NCBI GenBank assembly: GCA_015680685.1
Contig: MNCI01001451.1
Location: 112,814 to 176,813 of the forward strand
Origin: Gnetum montanum
Lineage: Eukaryota > Plantae > Gnetophyta
Direction: 5' to 3'
Length of the DNA: 64,000 bases
How positions within the stretch are numbered: position 1 is the first letter of the stretch; every line of letters starts with the position of its first letter. The translations under genes and the position numbers were made by a program. Below the pieces are notes generated by a model that made no database searches, was not told the origin of the DNA, and saw only the letters and a program-made list of their open reading frames with translations. Positions 62,019 to 64,000 of this stretch are shown piece after piece.

Positions 62019-64000
62019 TGATGAGACGTGATATTGCATGCATCACGATATCGTGTATGTGATATCGTGGCCATCGCAATATTGCGGTCCGTCGCCAAAT
62101 CTATAAATAAGAGGTGACACTCCCCTTATTTCCCATCCTAGGCTTAAAGTAGGGAAACTCTGGCAGTTTGATCACTCCAGAGATAGAATATTTTCCATGT
62201 GCCTGCAGTAGGAGTCCCCAAGTGAACGGATCTTTATTCGAGCAGCTTTGTACCTAAATGCAAGTTGTGTATAGTAATAAATACGAGCTTTGTGGATAAA
62301 CCTTGCAGTGCATGGAATAGGATTTATTACATGTTATTTCTTACATGTTATTTATTACCTGCATTAGTGCAGCATGAGTACGACTTGATTACGAGCATTG
62401 ACAAATTTGTATAGCTAATCAAGAAATCGGTTACTCATCGCGATTAGTCTCTCTCACCCTCAACTCCTAGAACGTGGGATGAGTACGACTTGATTACTAG
62501 TATCTACGGGTGTGTATGGCTAGTCAAGGAATCAACTGCTCATCACGTTTAGGCTAGTTAAGTGCCTCAATACGACCACTTCNNNNNNNNNNNNNNNNNN
62601 NNNNNNNNNNNNNNNNNNNNNNNNNNNNNNNNNNNNNNNNNNNNNNNNNNNNNNNNNNNNNNNNNNNNNNNNNNNNNNNNNNNNNNNNNNNNNNNNNNNN
62701 NNNNNNNNNNNNNNNNNNNNNNNNNNNNNNNNNNNNNNNNNNNNNNNNNNNNNNNNNNNNNNNNNNNNNNNNNNNNNNNNNNNNGAATAGAACATAAGGG
62801 ATATCACTCACATCGTTGTGAGCCTTAACGAACCTTCGGGTTAATCAACAGAAAAATTTATATATGGTAAATTAGCACACTGATAAAAATGCCTTCTTCT
62901 CAGAAGAGCAGCTCACCACCTAAGGACCACACACGAGACGGTCAGCAAGATAAAACACATAACCAAAATCAGCTAAGTCCGAAACAATATAAGATGACAT
63001 ATACTCATCCTGATGAGTATATTTCTAATTTTACTTTTATTCTCCATCAGGACGAGTAGTTGTGATGGAGATATTTGCAAGGCAACATTGTGTTACCCCC
63101 AGATCGATCAATCTCTCACATGCTTTTCCATGCCTTGGCACAGATAGGCATGACTGAACTATGCGCTGAATACATTGCGGAAGATTTTGACATGAGGGAT
63201 TATTATCCCACAAATGCCCAACGTATGAGAGACTTAAGGCAGGAGAGTCAACATACTTTTCTGAAGGGCAAAGCCCCACATGTCCTTAGCGAAATAGGAG
63301 ATGAGGAACCTCTTATCACGGGTTCTGTAACAAATGATGTTCCCCCTCCTAACGATGGTGAGGAGGAAGGGTATTAGAACATACGATCAATGATACATAT
63401 CCCTGGTTTTGATGCCCATGAACACCAACTGTTCACAGAGGGAACAACCACTTATGCCAAGGATGGGCACTTAGATCGTCACCACGATCAGGGCCGTAGC
63501 AGCCGAAGAGAAGCTAAGAAACATCATCATGGCGATGGTTTCCCTTCTTCTTCTCCTTCATCCCATCATTCACCCTCTCCTTCCACATCTAGGCGTAGCT
63601 ACCATGAACATAAAGGTGCGGATAAAGGTAAAAAGGATGAGAGACCTTGATGGGAAAGTCGAGAGAGAGGACAAGGGCAAGGACATAAGAAGAGTAGGGA
63701 AAAATGTAGACATCACAAGCGTCATGAAAGAGATGATCATGAAGAGCCCCTACTCGCAACCCGAAGTATGCTTGACATAACAGAGGTAGTTAGGATTCCC
63801 ACAAGGCATTTAAAGGATAGTCGGATCAAACGATTAGACATGAATAAAATCCCACGATTTGAAGGGGGATATAATGTTGATCTGCAAAATCATTTACAGG
63901 CATTCCACGATGCCTATGCCTTGCAAAATATAGAAAATGAGTGAAAAAAACTTAAGTTGATTCCAAGGATACTCATCAAGGAAGCAGAGAGTTGGTACCG
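62019..64000 (+). mobile_element. Athila-like element 3, 5' portion (LTR plus gag start), runs off the window
   Basis: LTR starts TGATGAGAC, TATA CTATAAATA at 62101; LTR end and PBS probably lie in the N gap. gag ATG at 62889 (MPSSQ..., cf. MSSSH in elements 1 and 2); core LDMNKIPRFEGGYNVDLQNHLQAF...KKLKLIPRILIKEAESWY. Confidence 0.88.
62583..62783. other. Assembly gap (201 N)
   Basis: Run of N. Confidence 1.

Overview
AT-rich, heavily methylation-decayed plant genomic DNA made almost entirely of nested retroelements; no intact protein-coding gene, rRNA, tRNA or CRISPR array is visible. From left to right: a degenerate CRM-like gag-protease element (-) carrying a solo LTR; a truncated Athila-like element (-) interrupted by a full-length Galadriel-like chromovirus (8421-15246, TSD TCCTC); a Tat-family solo LTR (TSD GTAAG); a Copia RT/RNaseH fragment; two gag-only gypsy relics; an L1-type LINE split by a near-complete Athila-like element (31777-41411) and by a ~2.8 kb insert containing a CpG-rich gene-like fragment; an internally deleted UDP-glycosyltransferase pseudogene; a Tat-like element lacking RT/RNaseH (51471-61289, TSD TCTAT); and a younger Athila-like element running off the right end. 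The last two both sit inside an RTE/RTEX-like LINE. The most unusual signal is that several LTRs carry arrays of family-specific CpG-centred palindromes in U3, now eroded by deamination. Clade names come from motif recognition by eye, not database searches. A non-angiosperm vascular plant origin is a weak inference.
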